Of a stretch of DNA of 22,925 nt, positions 9,293 through 17,002 are shown piece by piece (the stretch's first letter is position 1; each line of letters starts with the position of its first letter). The translations under genes and the position numbers were made by a program. The notes under the pieces are model-generated. The model did no database searches, had not been told where the DNA came from, and saw nothing but the letters and a program-made list of their open reading frames with translations. This stretch comes from Candidatus Iainarchaeum sp. (GTDB lineage: Archaea; Iainarchaeota; Iainarchaeia; Iainarchaeales; JAFCCJ01), in contig JBDRHK010000074.1 in NCBI GenBank assembly GCA_043816965.1, forward strand, positions 1 to 22,925. Reading direction: 5' to 3'.

Positions 9293-9483
9293 CAAACCCA
9301 TAAAAACCATAAATTGCTTAAGAGATTATGGAAAATATGGGTTTGGATTTGCTACCATTTCAGGGTGGATATGCCCCCAATTTAAGATTGGGGGGCTATA
9401 AAACCACTCCTGAAAGGTTATGAGTCCTTTTTTCCATAAAACCCATAAAAAAGGGAAATATGGAAATTATGGGTTTGAGTTTG
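9293..9483. repeat. Cluster of three palindromic units with CCATA/TATGG iterons; putative replication origin
   Basis: 9293-9312 CAAACCCATAAAAACCATAA is inverted against 9326-9345 TTATGGAAAATATGGGTTTG (16/20). A long imperfect hairpin spans ~9354-9419 with core CCCCCAAT-ttaag-ATTGGGGG. A second CCATA x2 / TATGG x2 unit lies at 9432-9483. The cluster sits immediately after the helicase gene. Confidence 0.65.
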
Positions 9484-9589
9484 GTGGCAAACACTAAAAT
9501 CAAACTAAAAAAAGAGGCCTTCCCCCCAAGAGACCGAGAATATTTTACACTTACAGAATTTGAAAACAGGAAACAAAGAGGTGAAGAAA

Positions 9590-9928
9590 ATGGACATAAA
9601 AAACGAAAAGGAAATCTATAAATGTTTGAACTGCGGAGAAAGGGCAGCCACAGTCGACACCAGAAGGAGTTTCTGCCCAAAGTGCAAGGCAAAGGAGAAA
9701 GTGGATTCAGGCATAGTAGAGGAGAAAAGAGCACCGTCTGCCCCCTCAGAATTTGTTGTTCTCGAAATGCTCGACATAGGACGGAAAAACTGGTGCGCGT
9801 CTGATTTAGGGCTTTATTGGGAAACCCCAGGCACACGCCAAAAAACTCTCCAAAGAAACCTAAGAGAGGCCGACATTGCACTGGGCATTAAGAGAGGAAT
9901 TTTGAAGGTTGTCGAAGGAGATGATTGA
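9590..9928 (+). CDS. Zn-ribbon protein
   Basis: ATG 9590 follows GAGGTGA. Contains YKCLNCG...FCPKC. Confidence 0.7.
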   Translation: MDIKNEKEIYKCLNCGERAATVDTRRSFCPKCKAKEKVDSGIVEEKRAPSAPSEFVVLEMLDIGRKNWCASDLGLYWETPGTRQKTLQRNLREADIALGIKRGILKVVEGDD

Positions 9929-10148
9929 TACTATGCCTAAAGACCTAACCCTTTTGTGGAAAGTCGTTGAAGCTAACAAAAACAAATGGCTTTCCGCCTC
10001 GGAGTTTTTCAATGAATCTGACAGGCTTAAAACGGGCAATCACAATCCCTTTGGGAGTTATAATTCGGTTTGTCAATGCCTGCGAGGGATGGGTCTGCAT
10101 AGAAGGGCAAAATACACAACTGGGCAAATGGAGTATTATTGCCCGTAA
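9921..10148 (+). CDS. Small hypothetical protein, possibly wHTH DNA-binding
   Basis: Overlaps the upstream stop, with ATG at 9921 or 9933. KWLSASEF...SVCQCLRGMGL...EYY pattern. Confidence 0.6.
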   Translation: MIDTMPKDLTLLWKVVEANKNKWLSASEFFNESDRLKTGNHNPFGSYNSVCQCLRGMGLHRRAKYTTGQMEYYCP

Positions 10149-10174
10149 GGAAATAAAGTGTGGAGGTGCGAAAA

Positions 10175-10243
10175 ATGAAATGGTTTATAACAGTAGCAAT
10201 CGTTCAATTAATAGTCATAGTGGTTTTGATTGCACTGATATAA
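10175..10243 (+). CDS. 22-aa hydrophobic micropeptide MKWFITVAIVQLIVIVVLIALI
   Basis: Strong GGAGGTG RBS, ATG 10175, TAA 10241-10243. Its first 29 nt are 26/29 identical to the start of the lipoprotein gene at 15346. Confidence 0.65.
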   Translation: MKWFITVAIVQLIVIVVLIALI

Positions 10244-10461
10244 GTGAAAACACATTTTACGGGTTGGTTTAAGGAAAATTGGTATATACCTTTTCCCCTA
10301 TATAATACCAGAGTTAGATACCCTATTGAGAAACAATAAACCACTATAAGCCATCTTTATACGACCTTCAACAAATTAAAATCCCTTATTGTGGGTTTAG
10401 TTCAAACGAGGATTTTTTCACTAATCTTTCTCAGGCATCTAGGTGATTTATTAACCTCATA

Positions 10462-10495
10462 AAATAAAAAATTTATTAGAAATAAAAAATTTATT
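10462..10495. promoter_or_regulatory. Tandem 16-bp repeat of palindromic AATAAA-N3-TTTATT; candidate RHH operator
   Basis: AAATAAAAAATTTATT occurs at 10462-10477 and 10480-10495, directly upstream of the RHH gene. Confidence 0.5.
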
Positions 10496-10509
10496 TAGGG
10501 AGTGAGTAA

Positions 10510-10848
10510 ATGGAAGAAGAGAATTTAGGGGAAAAAATAACAACTACCATCAGGCTGAATAAATCAACTGACCAGCTATTAGATGATTTTGCTAAGGAAA
10601 GGGGAAGCACCCGAAGCGAGATTATCGAATCTGCAATTCGCATACTCTTCAAAGTGGCAAAAGAAGACAGCGATTCTGTAGGTGTCGAATTGGACTTATC
10701 CAGTTGTTTAGCCGAGCAGAAAAAACTTCTTTTAGAAATACATTCCGCAGTTCACAGGGAACAAAATTTACTTCACGAAAGGAGAACGGCTCTTGCACAA
10801 TCGCAGGCAAGAAGAGATGCAGCTCTAGAACAGGAAAAACAGCGATAA
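10510..10848 (+). CDS. Ribbon-helix-helix (CopG-like) regulator with C-terminal coiled coil
   Basis: TTTIRLNKSTDQLLDDFAKERGSTRSEIIESAIR is a canonical RHH pattern. Confidence 0.85.
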   Translation: MEEENLGEKITTTIRLNKSTDQLLDDFAKERGSTRSEIIESAIRILFKVAKEDSDSVGVELDLSSCLAEQKKLLLEIHSAVHREQNLLHERRTALAQSQARRDAALEQEKQR

Positions 10849-10863
10849 GGAAGTTGAGATGAA

Positions 10864-12339
10864 ATGGCAGAAGATGCAAAACTCAAAGTCAAGATAGAAT
10901 TAGACGACCGAGAATTTAGAAAGAAGGTCAAGGATTTAAAGAAAGGCACTACTGTAAAAATGGGTGCTGGTGGAAGTGATGCGTCAGTTAAACTTAAAGA
11001 AAAACTTTCATCTGGTGGAAGTATATTAGACACAATCAAAAATGCGTTCGGAGGAATGAAAGGAGCAGTTGCAGGCGGTGCTTCTGGAGCAGCAGCAGGT
11101 GGTGCGGGTGCGGCTGGAGGAGCAATCGCAGGAGGAGCGGTTGCTGGATTAGCTGGTGGAGCAGTCCTTGGCGTTTTGGGAATAATTGCATCAGCAGTTA
11201 CAACACTTCTTGGTCTAATATTAGAATCCAGTGGAATACTAAAAAATTCAATTGGAAATCTCCTCAAAGTAATAATGTTGATTCTCCGACCAATTGGGGA
11301 TATATTTGGAAGTATGTTAAAACCATTGATTTGGGTCCTACTGCCAATGGCAAAAATGATTAACCTGCTATTCAAACCTTTTCTCTTGTCTTATCGAAAA
11401 AGGTTAATGGAAGAAAAGCAAAAAGGTTCTTACGACTTTACAAGCGAAAACTTTGACCCATTCGGAGCAAATCTACGCTCAGGGGTCGGCGCATTAGCAG
11501 ACTGGGGAGCATTTTTGTTCTCAGTAGGATTAGAACAACTATTACTCGGAATCACTTCTGCCTTGGCTGAACTCGCAAGGACAATTGTAAACATTTCAGC
11601 GGACACACTAATAATGTTACTAAACGCATTCAAACTTCTTGGCAATAGTTTTTATGATATTATAGAAGCAATGACTCCTTTCAAAGGCATTACTGATGGA
11701 GTGAGGGGAACCTTCAACAATCTCATGGATAGTCTGATTATTGGAGTGGATTCAATGAGAAACAATTCCATAGCCACAATAAATAAATGGGAAGTAGATG
11801 CAAAATTTTTAATTGTAAGTGCGTTTGACCTTATGGAAAAAGCATTCGCAGAAGGATTAGATGCATTACTAACACAAGTACAGGCTTTCAAAAATGCACT
11901 GATGAATATTCCAATCAGAAATGGTGGTGGCGGACCGCGTGTTCCAGCAACTAATGCAATTACGCCTATGGCGAAGATATATGGTGCAACTGGTGCAGAA
12001 ATGGATATATATTCAAAACTTCGAGAAGATGCTTATCAGAACATGAACCAAAAAGCGGATATGTCTATCCCAAGAGAAGCATTTGCGAAACTAGGGTTCC
12101 CAAGCCAACAAGTTGGTTCATCATACATTCCAGAAACGGGCAATTATATGCTTCATAGAGGAGAACAAGTATTGCGAGCTAATGAATCAAAAGAACAAGG
12201 CGTTAATATAGTTCAAAATTTCAATGTTAGTGCAAAAATTGATGGCAGATTGGATTTGAGAAAACTTGTTGATGAAATGTCGGACTTAATGACACTAAAC
12301 CTGCAATCAGAATTAAGAAGAAGGGTGAGTTATACATGA
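10864..12339 (+). CDS. Tape-measure-like protein
   Basis: N-terminal LKVKIELDD, a Gly/Ala-rich stretch, hydrophobic and amphipathic helices, and a C-terminal GSSYIPETGNYMLHRGEQVL motif followed by VNIVQNFNV, as in tail tape measure proteins. Confidence 0.7.
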   Translation: MAEDAKLKVKIELDDREFRKKVKDLKKGTTVKMGAGGSDASVKLKEKLSSGGSILDTIKNAFGGMKGAVAGGASGAAAGGAGAAGGAIAGGAVAGLAGGAVLGVLGIIASAVTTLLGLILESSGILKNSIGNLLKVIMLILRPIGDIFGSMLKPLIWVLLPMAKMINLLFKPFLLSYRKRLMEEKQKGSYDFTSENFDPFGANLRSGVGALADWGAFLFSVGLEQLLLGITSALAELARTIVNISADTLIMLLNAFKLLGNSFYDIIEAMTPFKGITDGVRGTFNNLMDSLIIGVDSMRNNSIATINKWEVDAKFLIVSAFDLMEKAFAEGLDALLTQVQAFKNALMNIPIRNGGGGPRVPATNAITPMAKIYGATGAEMDIYSKLREDAYQNMNQKADMSIPREAFAKLGFPSQQVGSSYIPETGNYMLHRGEQVLRANESKEQGVNIVQNFNVSAKIDGRLDLRKLVDEMSDLMTLNLQSELRRRVSYT

Positions 12340-12414
12340 CGGACAGGCGTCATATTCATTGAAATTGGTAGAGGGAAAACTTAGTTAAAATAAAAAGGAT
12401 TGAGGTGATGAAAA

Positions 12415-12795
12415 ATGGCAGTTCCATTTAATTCAAGTACGAGAGGTGTGTTGCAATATACACTCACAGCATCTAATGATACCACTGGTGCGTCTGATGC
12501 TTTAACAGATGACATATTATTTGGTATGTTGGTTGGTGTAAGATTCCTCAATGGTACAAATACAGCAAACAATTGGGATGTAACTCTTAGAGATGCAGAT
12601 GGTTTGCAGATTTATACTGGCTCTTCGATAAATAGTGCTGACTCACATGCAAACAATTTTGTTGTTCCATCAATAGCGGGAACGAACTCAACAAATACAG
12701 AATTCACTTATCCAGTAAGCGGACAGTTATCGGTAAGTATTGCGAATGCGAGTGCAAGTAGTGCTCCACAAGTGAGATTTTACCTAAGACAATAA
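12415..12795 (+). CDS. Small beta-rich protein, probable virion structural protein (jelly-roll-like)
   Basis: 126 aa, rich in S/T/N/A/G, with alternating beta-strand patterns (LVGVRF, WDVTLRD, LSVSIAN, VRFYL), no signal peptide, and a GAGGTGA RBS. Confidence 0.6.
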   Translation: MAVPFNSSTRGVLQYTLTASNDTTGASDALTDDILFGMLVGVRFLNGTNTANNWDVTLRDADGLQIYTGSSINSADSHANNFVVPSIAGTNSTNTEFTYPVSGQLSVSIANASASSAPQVRFYLRQ

Positions 12796-12822
12796 AATTA
12801 CAAAGAGGAATGAGGTGATGAG

Positions 12823-13350
12823 ATGAAATACCATAAATCAGGAGAAGAATTTCGTTTTAGGTTGGAAAAAGCCCAACAGGAAGATGATGATAAAACATTG
12901 ATGAAGATTTCCTCAATGAATCCATCTGATTTGTTGGATTTGAGCGAAGCGGAAATTGAAAGGAGATTGAAAATCCTTCAAAATCGTCTCAATGAATTAA
13001 GGGGAGGCGAAACTGCCCAAGAGGAAGAAAGTTTAGAATGCGTAACTCAACAAGAAGAGGACGATACTTTAGAAGAAATCGAGAAGATGGATGCAATAAG
13101 GCGGGTAAAAGACGGCAAGATGAGAGAGGAATTAATGCAAAAAGGCGATGCCACTCCTCAAGACACAATCCTTAGACGACAAAACGAAGCAGAATATCAA
13201 AAAAAGATTGAGGCATTGGAAAAATCTTACGGCCATGAAAAAGCTGCTAGATTAAGAAGAGGCTTTGAAAGAGCAGAATTGATTGGCAGTGCAGGGGCAT
13301 TGTCGAGAGCCTATGAGAAGGCACTCAAAACATTCCCTTACCCAATATGA
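12823..13350 (+). CDS. Acidic coiled-coil protein (scaffold-like, function unknown)
   Basis: 175 aa, E/D/K/R-rich and helical, with a GAGGTGA RBS. Confidence 0.7.
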   Translation: MKYHKSGEEFRFRLEKAQQEDDDKTLMKISSMNPSDLLDLSEAEIERRLKILQNRLNELRGGETAQEEESLECVTQQEEDDTLEEIEKMDAIRRVKDGKMREELMQKGDATPQDTILRRQNEAEYQKKIEALEKSYGHEKAARLRRGFERAELIGSAGALSRAYEKALKTFPYPI

Positions 13351-13421
13351 CGCTTAACAGACATGTGTTAAGAAAAATTGCTGAGACAAACCATTATCTC
13401 ACTTCGGCGAAACGGCGAAAA

Positions 13422-13477
13422 ATTGTGTGGAGGGAAGAAAAAGGGGTTCGCACTCCTACCCTCCCCCTCCACACAAT
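13422..13477. other. Strong hairpin upstream of the TerS-like gene
   Basis: A perfect 13-bp stem, ATTGTGTGGAGGG (13422-13434) with CCCTCCACACAAT (13465-13477), encloses the inner hairpin AGGGGT-tcgc-ACTCCT. Confidence 0.7.
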
Positions 13478-13492
13478 ATGGCTGGTGAAAAA

Positions 13493-13924
13493 ATGGAAAA
13501 GAACGGTTACAAAAATACTCCCCATAGGTTTAGTCTGGCTGACCAAATTAAAGGCGGACAAGCAAAGAGTTTGAGAAAGACATTAGCTGTCAGACTGAAT
13601 CCAATGAAAAACCCATCTACACTAAAAAGAGAACTGGAAGAAGTCCTTGACAAAAACCTTAACGCTGACGCATTGAAAAATATTCTGCGTTTAGCCAATG
13701 AGAAAAATGGTCAGATTTTAATTGACGAAATGGTTGAGGTATTGATTGAAATGAAAAAGATTGTTTCTGATGAACCTACATTGGCAAAATATGATTTATA
13801 CTTAAAAAGATTAATTGACTTCAAAACTGCGATTTGGGGAACAAAGCTCATAGTCGAAACCAATGAAGATACACTACTTCACAAAGAATTTCTTGAGAGG
13901 CTAAAAGTCGTAGAGGTTGATTGA
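13493..13924 (+). CDS. Putative terminase small subunit-like protein
   Basis: ATG 13493 follows GGTGA. The N-terminal F...DQIKGGQAKS..K motif, helical core and C-terminal WGTKLIVE beta-tail are reminiscent of TerS. The assignment is tentative. Confidence 0.45.
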   Translation: MEKNGYKNTPHRFSLADQIKGGQAKSLRKTLAVRLNPMKNPSTLKRELEEVLDKNLNADALKNILRLANEKNGQILIDEMVEVLIEMKKIVSDEPTLAKYDLYLKRLIDFKTAIWGTKLIVETNEDTLLHKEFLERLKVVEVD

Positions 13925-14020
13925 ATGACCGACAAACAAATCAAAATTCAATTGGGCAAAATCCGAGAATTAAAGGAAATTATTTATTCAATGAATCCTA
14001 ACCGAGGTGATGCATATTGA
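13925..14020 (+). CDS. 31-aa hypothetical peptide MTDKQIKIQLGKIRELKEIIYSMNPNRGDAY
   Basis: The ATG directly follows the upstream stop, and its stop overlaps the next TTG start. Confidence 0.4.
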   Translation: MTDKQIKIQLGKIRELKEIIYSMNPNRGDAY

Positions 14021-14214
14021 CACAAATTTTTCATACAATATTCAAAGACAAAAGTAAAATACTAAATTCAGAAATCCCGAGTGAAACAAAAGCAGAACTC
14101 GTTCTAACCAATGAAAAAGGTGAAACACGACTAAGCTTTGATTGTGTAGAGGCTTTTTACCTGGGGAAACAGGAAGACATCATAAAGAATCTCTTACCTT
14201 TGGAGAAGAAATAA
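14017..14214 (+). CDS. Small hypothetical protein
   Basis: TTG start preceded by GAGGTGA. It is the last gene of the plus-strand operon. Confidence 0.55.
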   Translation: MTQIFHTIFKDKSKILNSEIPSETKAELVLTNEKGETRLSFDCVEAFYLGKQEDIIKNLLPLEKK

Positions 14215-14338
14215 TAATCACAGGCGTTAGGTTATTGTTTCCCAATAGGGTAATGAACAAGTGGGTTGTATTGGAGGAAAGGTATAACCGTTTGACCTCA
14301 TTTCAAGAGTTTATTAAGATAAGCTAAAAATGAAATAA

Positions 14339-15346
14339 TTAGTTTTGTTTTAGTATTTGGATAGCAATGGTACATTTTACTTCGTCATAACTTCCTTGCT
14401 GGTAACCGCAATCAAAATATACAGTTCCTGAGGTAACTTCTTCTGAAACATTTTCCAACAAAATAAACCCTCTTTTGGTTATTCCTGGATATATCTCCCC
14501 GCTTTCTATTGCGCCCGAGTAACTAGAAAAATAATCTGCTTTACTTTGATTTTTTAAATTATCAATGAATACAATGCTTGATGGGAAAAAGTACCTCTCT
14601 TTGTCTGTAATATTAGTAACCTCTAAATCTAACCTAAGTTTTGTTTCCTCGTCGCCAAAACTATACGCCTTACCTGTGAACCAACCAATCTGTTTGATTG
14701 TTATTAGAAAATATCCTTTTTGGTCACTTTTGTCAATTGTGACTGCTGATTTTTGGTATAGTTCTTCATAAATCTCTTGTAGTTCTTCTTTTGATTTTTC
14801 TGGAATTCCAAATAAACTTGTTTCTATTTTTTCAAATGTTATTCCGCTATCTGTTTCAAATGTTAAATATAAAGTCCCTGTACTTCCAGCAGTAGATTTT
14901 TCAATTTCTTCTTCAAAAATTTCTCCTGCCCAAATAAGTCGCTCTATTTGAGTTATTCCAATAGTAGTGTCAAAAAAATCTGATTTTTTTACATTGAAAG
15001 AATTTGAATAAACTTTTTTGCCTTCTTTATCTTCAATTTCAACTAATGCTGTTCCGTTTGTAGATATTTCATTTTTAGACGCATCAAGAAAGCTAAAATA
15101 AAATCTGATACAATCTTTTCCTCCGCAAGTATCAGTGTAGGCAATAAGACCATAAATCCAATCAGGTTTTGGTGCTAAATCCTTGACAATTGTATCAGGG
15201 GCATTTTGTGTTCCTATTTCTTGATTATCCGTTTTTGGATTTTGTTCTTGTGAAATATCCGTTATTGGTTGATTATCTGAATCAGTGGTTACGCACCCAC
15301 CCAAAAGAATTAAACTTACTATTGCTATTGTTATCAACCATTTCAT
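14339..15346 (-). CDS. Lipoprotein with C-terminal DUF4352-like Ig domain
   Basis: Lipobox LLGG-C. The C-terminal LDLEVTNITD...FIDNLKNQ...GEIYPGITKRGFILLE matches the DUF4352 pattern. Confidence 0.75.
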   Translation of the reverse strand: MKWLITIAIVSLILLGGCVTTDSDNQPITDISQEQNPKTDNQEIGTQNAPDTIVKDLAPKPDWIYGLIAYTDTCGGKDCIRFYFSFLDASKNEISTNGTALVEIEDKEGKKVYSNSFNVKKSDFFDTTIGITQIERLIWAGEIFEEEIEKSTAGSTGTLYLTFETDSGITFEKIETSLFGIPEKSKEELQEIYEELYQKSAVTIDKSDQKGYFLITIKQIGWFTGKAYSFGDEETKLRLDLEVTNITDKERYFFPSSIVFIDNLKNQSKADYFSSYSGAIESGEIYPGITKRGFILLENVSEEVTSGTVYFDCGYQQGSYDEVKCTIAIQILKQN

Positions 15347-15569
15347 CCTAAAACCCTTTTAAAACTATTAATTTTTAATACGGAAAAGTGTTTAAATGGG
15401 CGTTTAAGCAGAAAAAACCAAGGCAAACAATAGGACACAATAAAGAATATTAATGCTTCAAGTGTAAAACAATAATCCCTTATAGCGGGTTATTGTTTAT
15501 CTAAACCACTATGTTCTTGTAGGGTGTTTTTATGGAAAGGGTTAGTAATAATGGTAATTTAACAGAATT

Positions 15570-15626
15570 TCAAAAAGCAATCAAAAGGATTAAACTTACC
15601 AATACTATTCCAATCAGCCACTTCAT
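15570..15626 (-). CDS. 18-aa hydrophobic micropeptide MKWLIGIVLVSLILLIAF
   Basis: ATG 15626 follows AAAGGGG, and TGA is at 15572-15570. The upstream region and codons closely resemble those of the lipoprotein start at 15346 (GTAAGTTTAATyCTTTTG, 17/18). Confidence 0.6.
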   Translation of the reverse strand: MKWLIGIVLVSLILLIAF

Positions 15627-15681
15627 TTCAAAGCCCCTTTAATGTTAATTTTAATGTAAACAAATGTAAAAGATGTTATCC

Positions 15682-16455
15682 TTATTCAATCGTAGTGTAG
15701 GTAATTATATAATCCTCAGGTTCATCAGAATATCCATCACTATAATATAAGCGTTCTTTGTTCATAGTTTCGGGGATTTCAAAAACCAAATTGTAATCAC
15801 TGACTTCAGTAGGCGCTAAACACCCCTTGTCAAGAAGATAATAATGCTGAACAGAAAATCTCCTATCTTCATCATCTTTTAGGTTAAAGCTTCCAGATAA
15901 ACTATTAATGCATTCTGCTTTTTTTCCAAGGTTCGTTATTGTAACTTCTGCTACAAACCATTTCCATCCTTCTTTAGCTGTCCTACTCCAACGACTGTAT
16001 GTTGCGGCTTCGCCCAACTCAATCGCCAAAGAACGACCAATTATTGTTTTATCAGGGTATTTTTCTTGCAAGAGTTCTTTATCAGTTTTATAACCACACT
16101 CAACACTATTTTCTTCTCTTGCTGTTTCCGAAACACACTCATCATTCTTACAGTAAAAAGTCTCGATTACTTTTGTTGTTCCCTCACAATAAGAACCGTT
16201 TTTTGCTTCACAAATAGCGGGGTTGCATTTTGGTTCTGGTTCACTAACTTGCTCTTGCAGAATAGGTTCAGTTGTCGGGTTTTCTAATTCGAGCAGACAT
16301 TCCTGTTTTTGTGAAACATCATTTATTCCTTCACAGATAAAAGGGTCATTGTTCTCAATAGCAATCCTATAATAATCATCATCTGTAAAATCAGTTGTAG
16401 GGCAACCACTAAAAAGAATTAAACCTGCTAAAATTATTGCAATTAACCACTTCAT
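15682..16455 (-). CDS. Lipoprotein with Cys-rich region and C-terminal DUF4352-like domain
   Basis: Lipobox LFSG-C, AKEGWKWFVAEVTITNLGK...FNLKDDEDRRF...LAP...LVFEIP. Confidence 0.75.
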   Translation of the reverse strand: MKWLIAIILAGLILFSGCPTTDFTDDDYYRIAIENNDPFICEGINDVSQKQECLLELENPTTEPILQEQVSEPEPKCNPAICEAKNGSYCEGTTKVIETFYCKNDECVSETAREENSVECGYKTDKELLQEKYPDKTIIGRSLAIELGEAATYSRWSRTAKEGWKWFVAEVTITNLGKKAECINSLSGSFNLKDDEDRRFSVQHYYLLDKGCLAPTEVSDYNLVFEIPETMNKERLYYSDGYSDEPEDYIITYTTIE

Positions 16456-16565
16456 TTTCTCATCTTCTAAAATTTATTAAATATTTTTATAATAAAGGTT
16501 ATTTATAATTAATGTTAGGCAACTGTTACGCTAATTTATAGCCAAAAGTTACGCATCCTTTTTCT

Positions 16566-16817
16566 ATGAGTAAGTATGATTTGATTGCATCAGTTCGGAG
16601 AAGTAAAATCAAATTAGAAATTTTGCGATTACTCGGAGAACCGAAAACGGCGACAGATTTAAAGAAAATAATAAGGGTGCATAGGGAAAGCATAAGTAGG
16701 GCGTTACTACAAATGAGTAGCCAAGGCTTGGTTGAATGTATTAATCCAAAACAGCCTAATTTTAGGTATTATAAAATAACTAAAGAAGGTCAAAAGATTA
16801 TGGCAAAACTAAGTTGA
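16566..16817 (+). CDS. Winged-helix (ArsR/MarR-like) transcription regulator
   Basis: ILRLLGEPKTATDL...ESISRALLQM...GLVEC...YYKITKEG. Confidence 0.85.
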   Translation: MSKYDLIASVRRSKIKLEILRLLGEPKTATDLKKIIRVHRESISRALLQMSSQGLVECINPKQPNFRYYKITKEGQKIMAKLS

Positions 16818-17002
16818 TTTATCAGTATCCTTCTCTTTCTTTTCATCAGGGAAAGGACAATCAACCACCCTCTTTTTTAACCTCTTCAACCCATTGGCCA
16901 TAGTCTATAACTCTTAAAGTTCTGTTAAAATCCTGCATCCCTTCTACTCCAAAAACTGCATTTAAAATGATTTTGTCGTCATTTATTTGAAGGGTGAACG
17001 AT

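Noticed and set aside
9293..9483. CRISPR-like array
   Set aside because: The repeats are short, inverted and degenerate, with no unique spacers of regular length and no cas genes.
9396..9881. 161-aa minus-strand ORF, and a ~53-codon plus-strand ORF from ~9460
   Set aside because: The former is antisense to the Zn-ribbon gene. The latter starts inside the iteron region without a clear RBS.
11060..11175. GGT/GCA-rich repetitive DNA
   Set aside because: It is explained by the Gly/Ala-rich segment of the tape-measure-like protein.
13428..13475. tRNA-like fragment (GGTTCG...CCTCCA) as an att remnant
   Set aside because: T-loop spacing is wrong, there are no D or anticodon arms, and it lies mid-element. 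It is treated as a hairpin only.
13347..13574. 75-aa ORF MTLNRHVLRK... with an ATGA overlap
   Set aside because: It runs through the strong hairpin and overlaps the better-supported 13493 gene by ~80 nt, with no recognisable motif. It is not excluded but unsupported.
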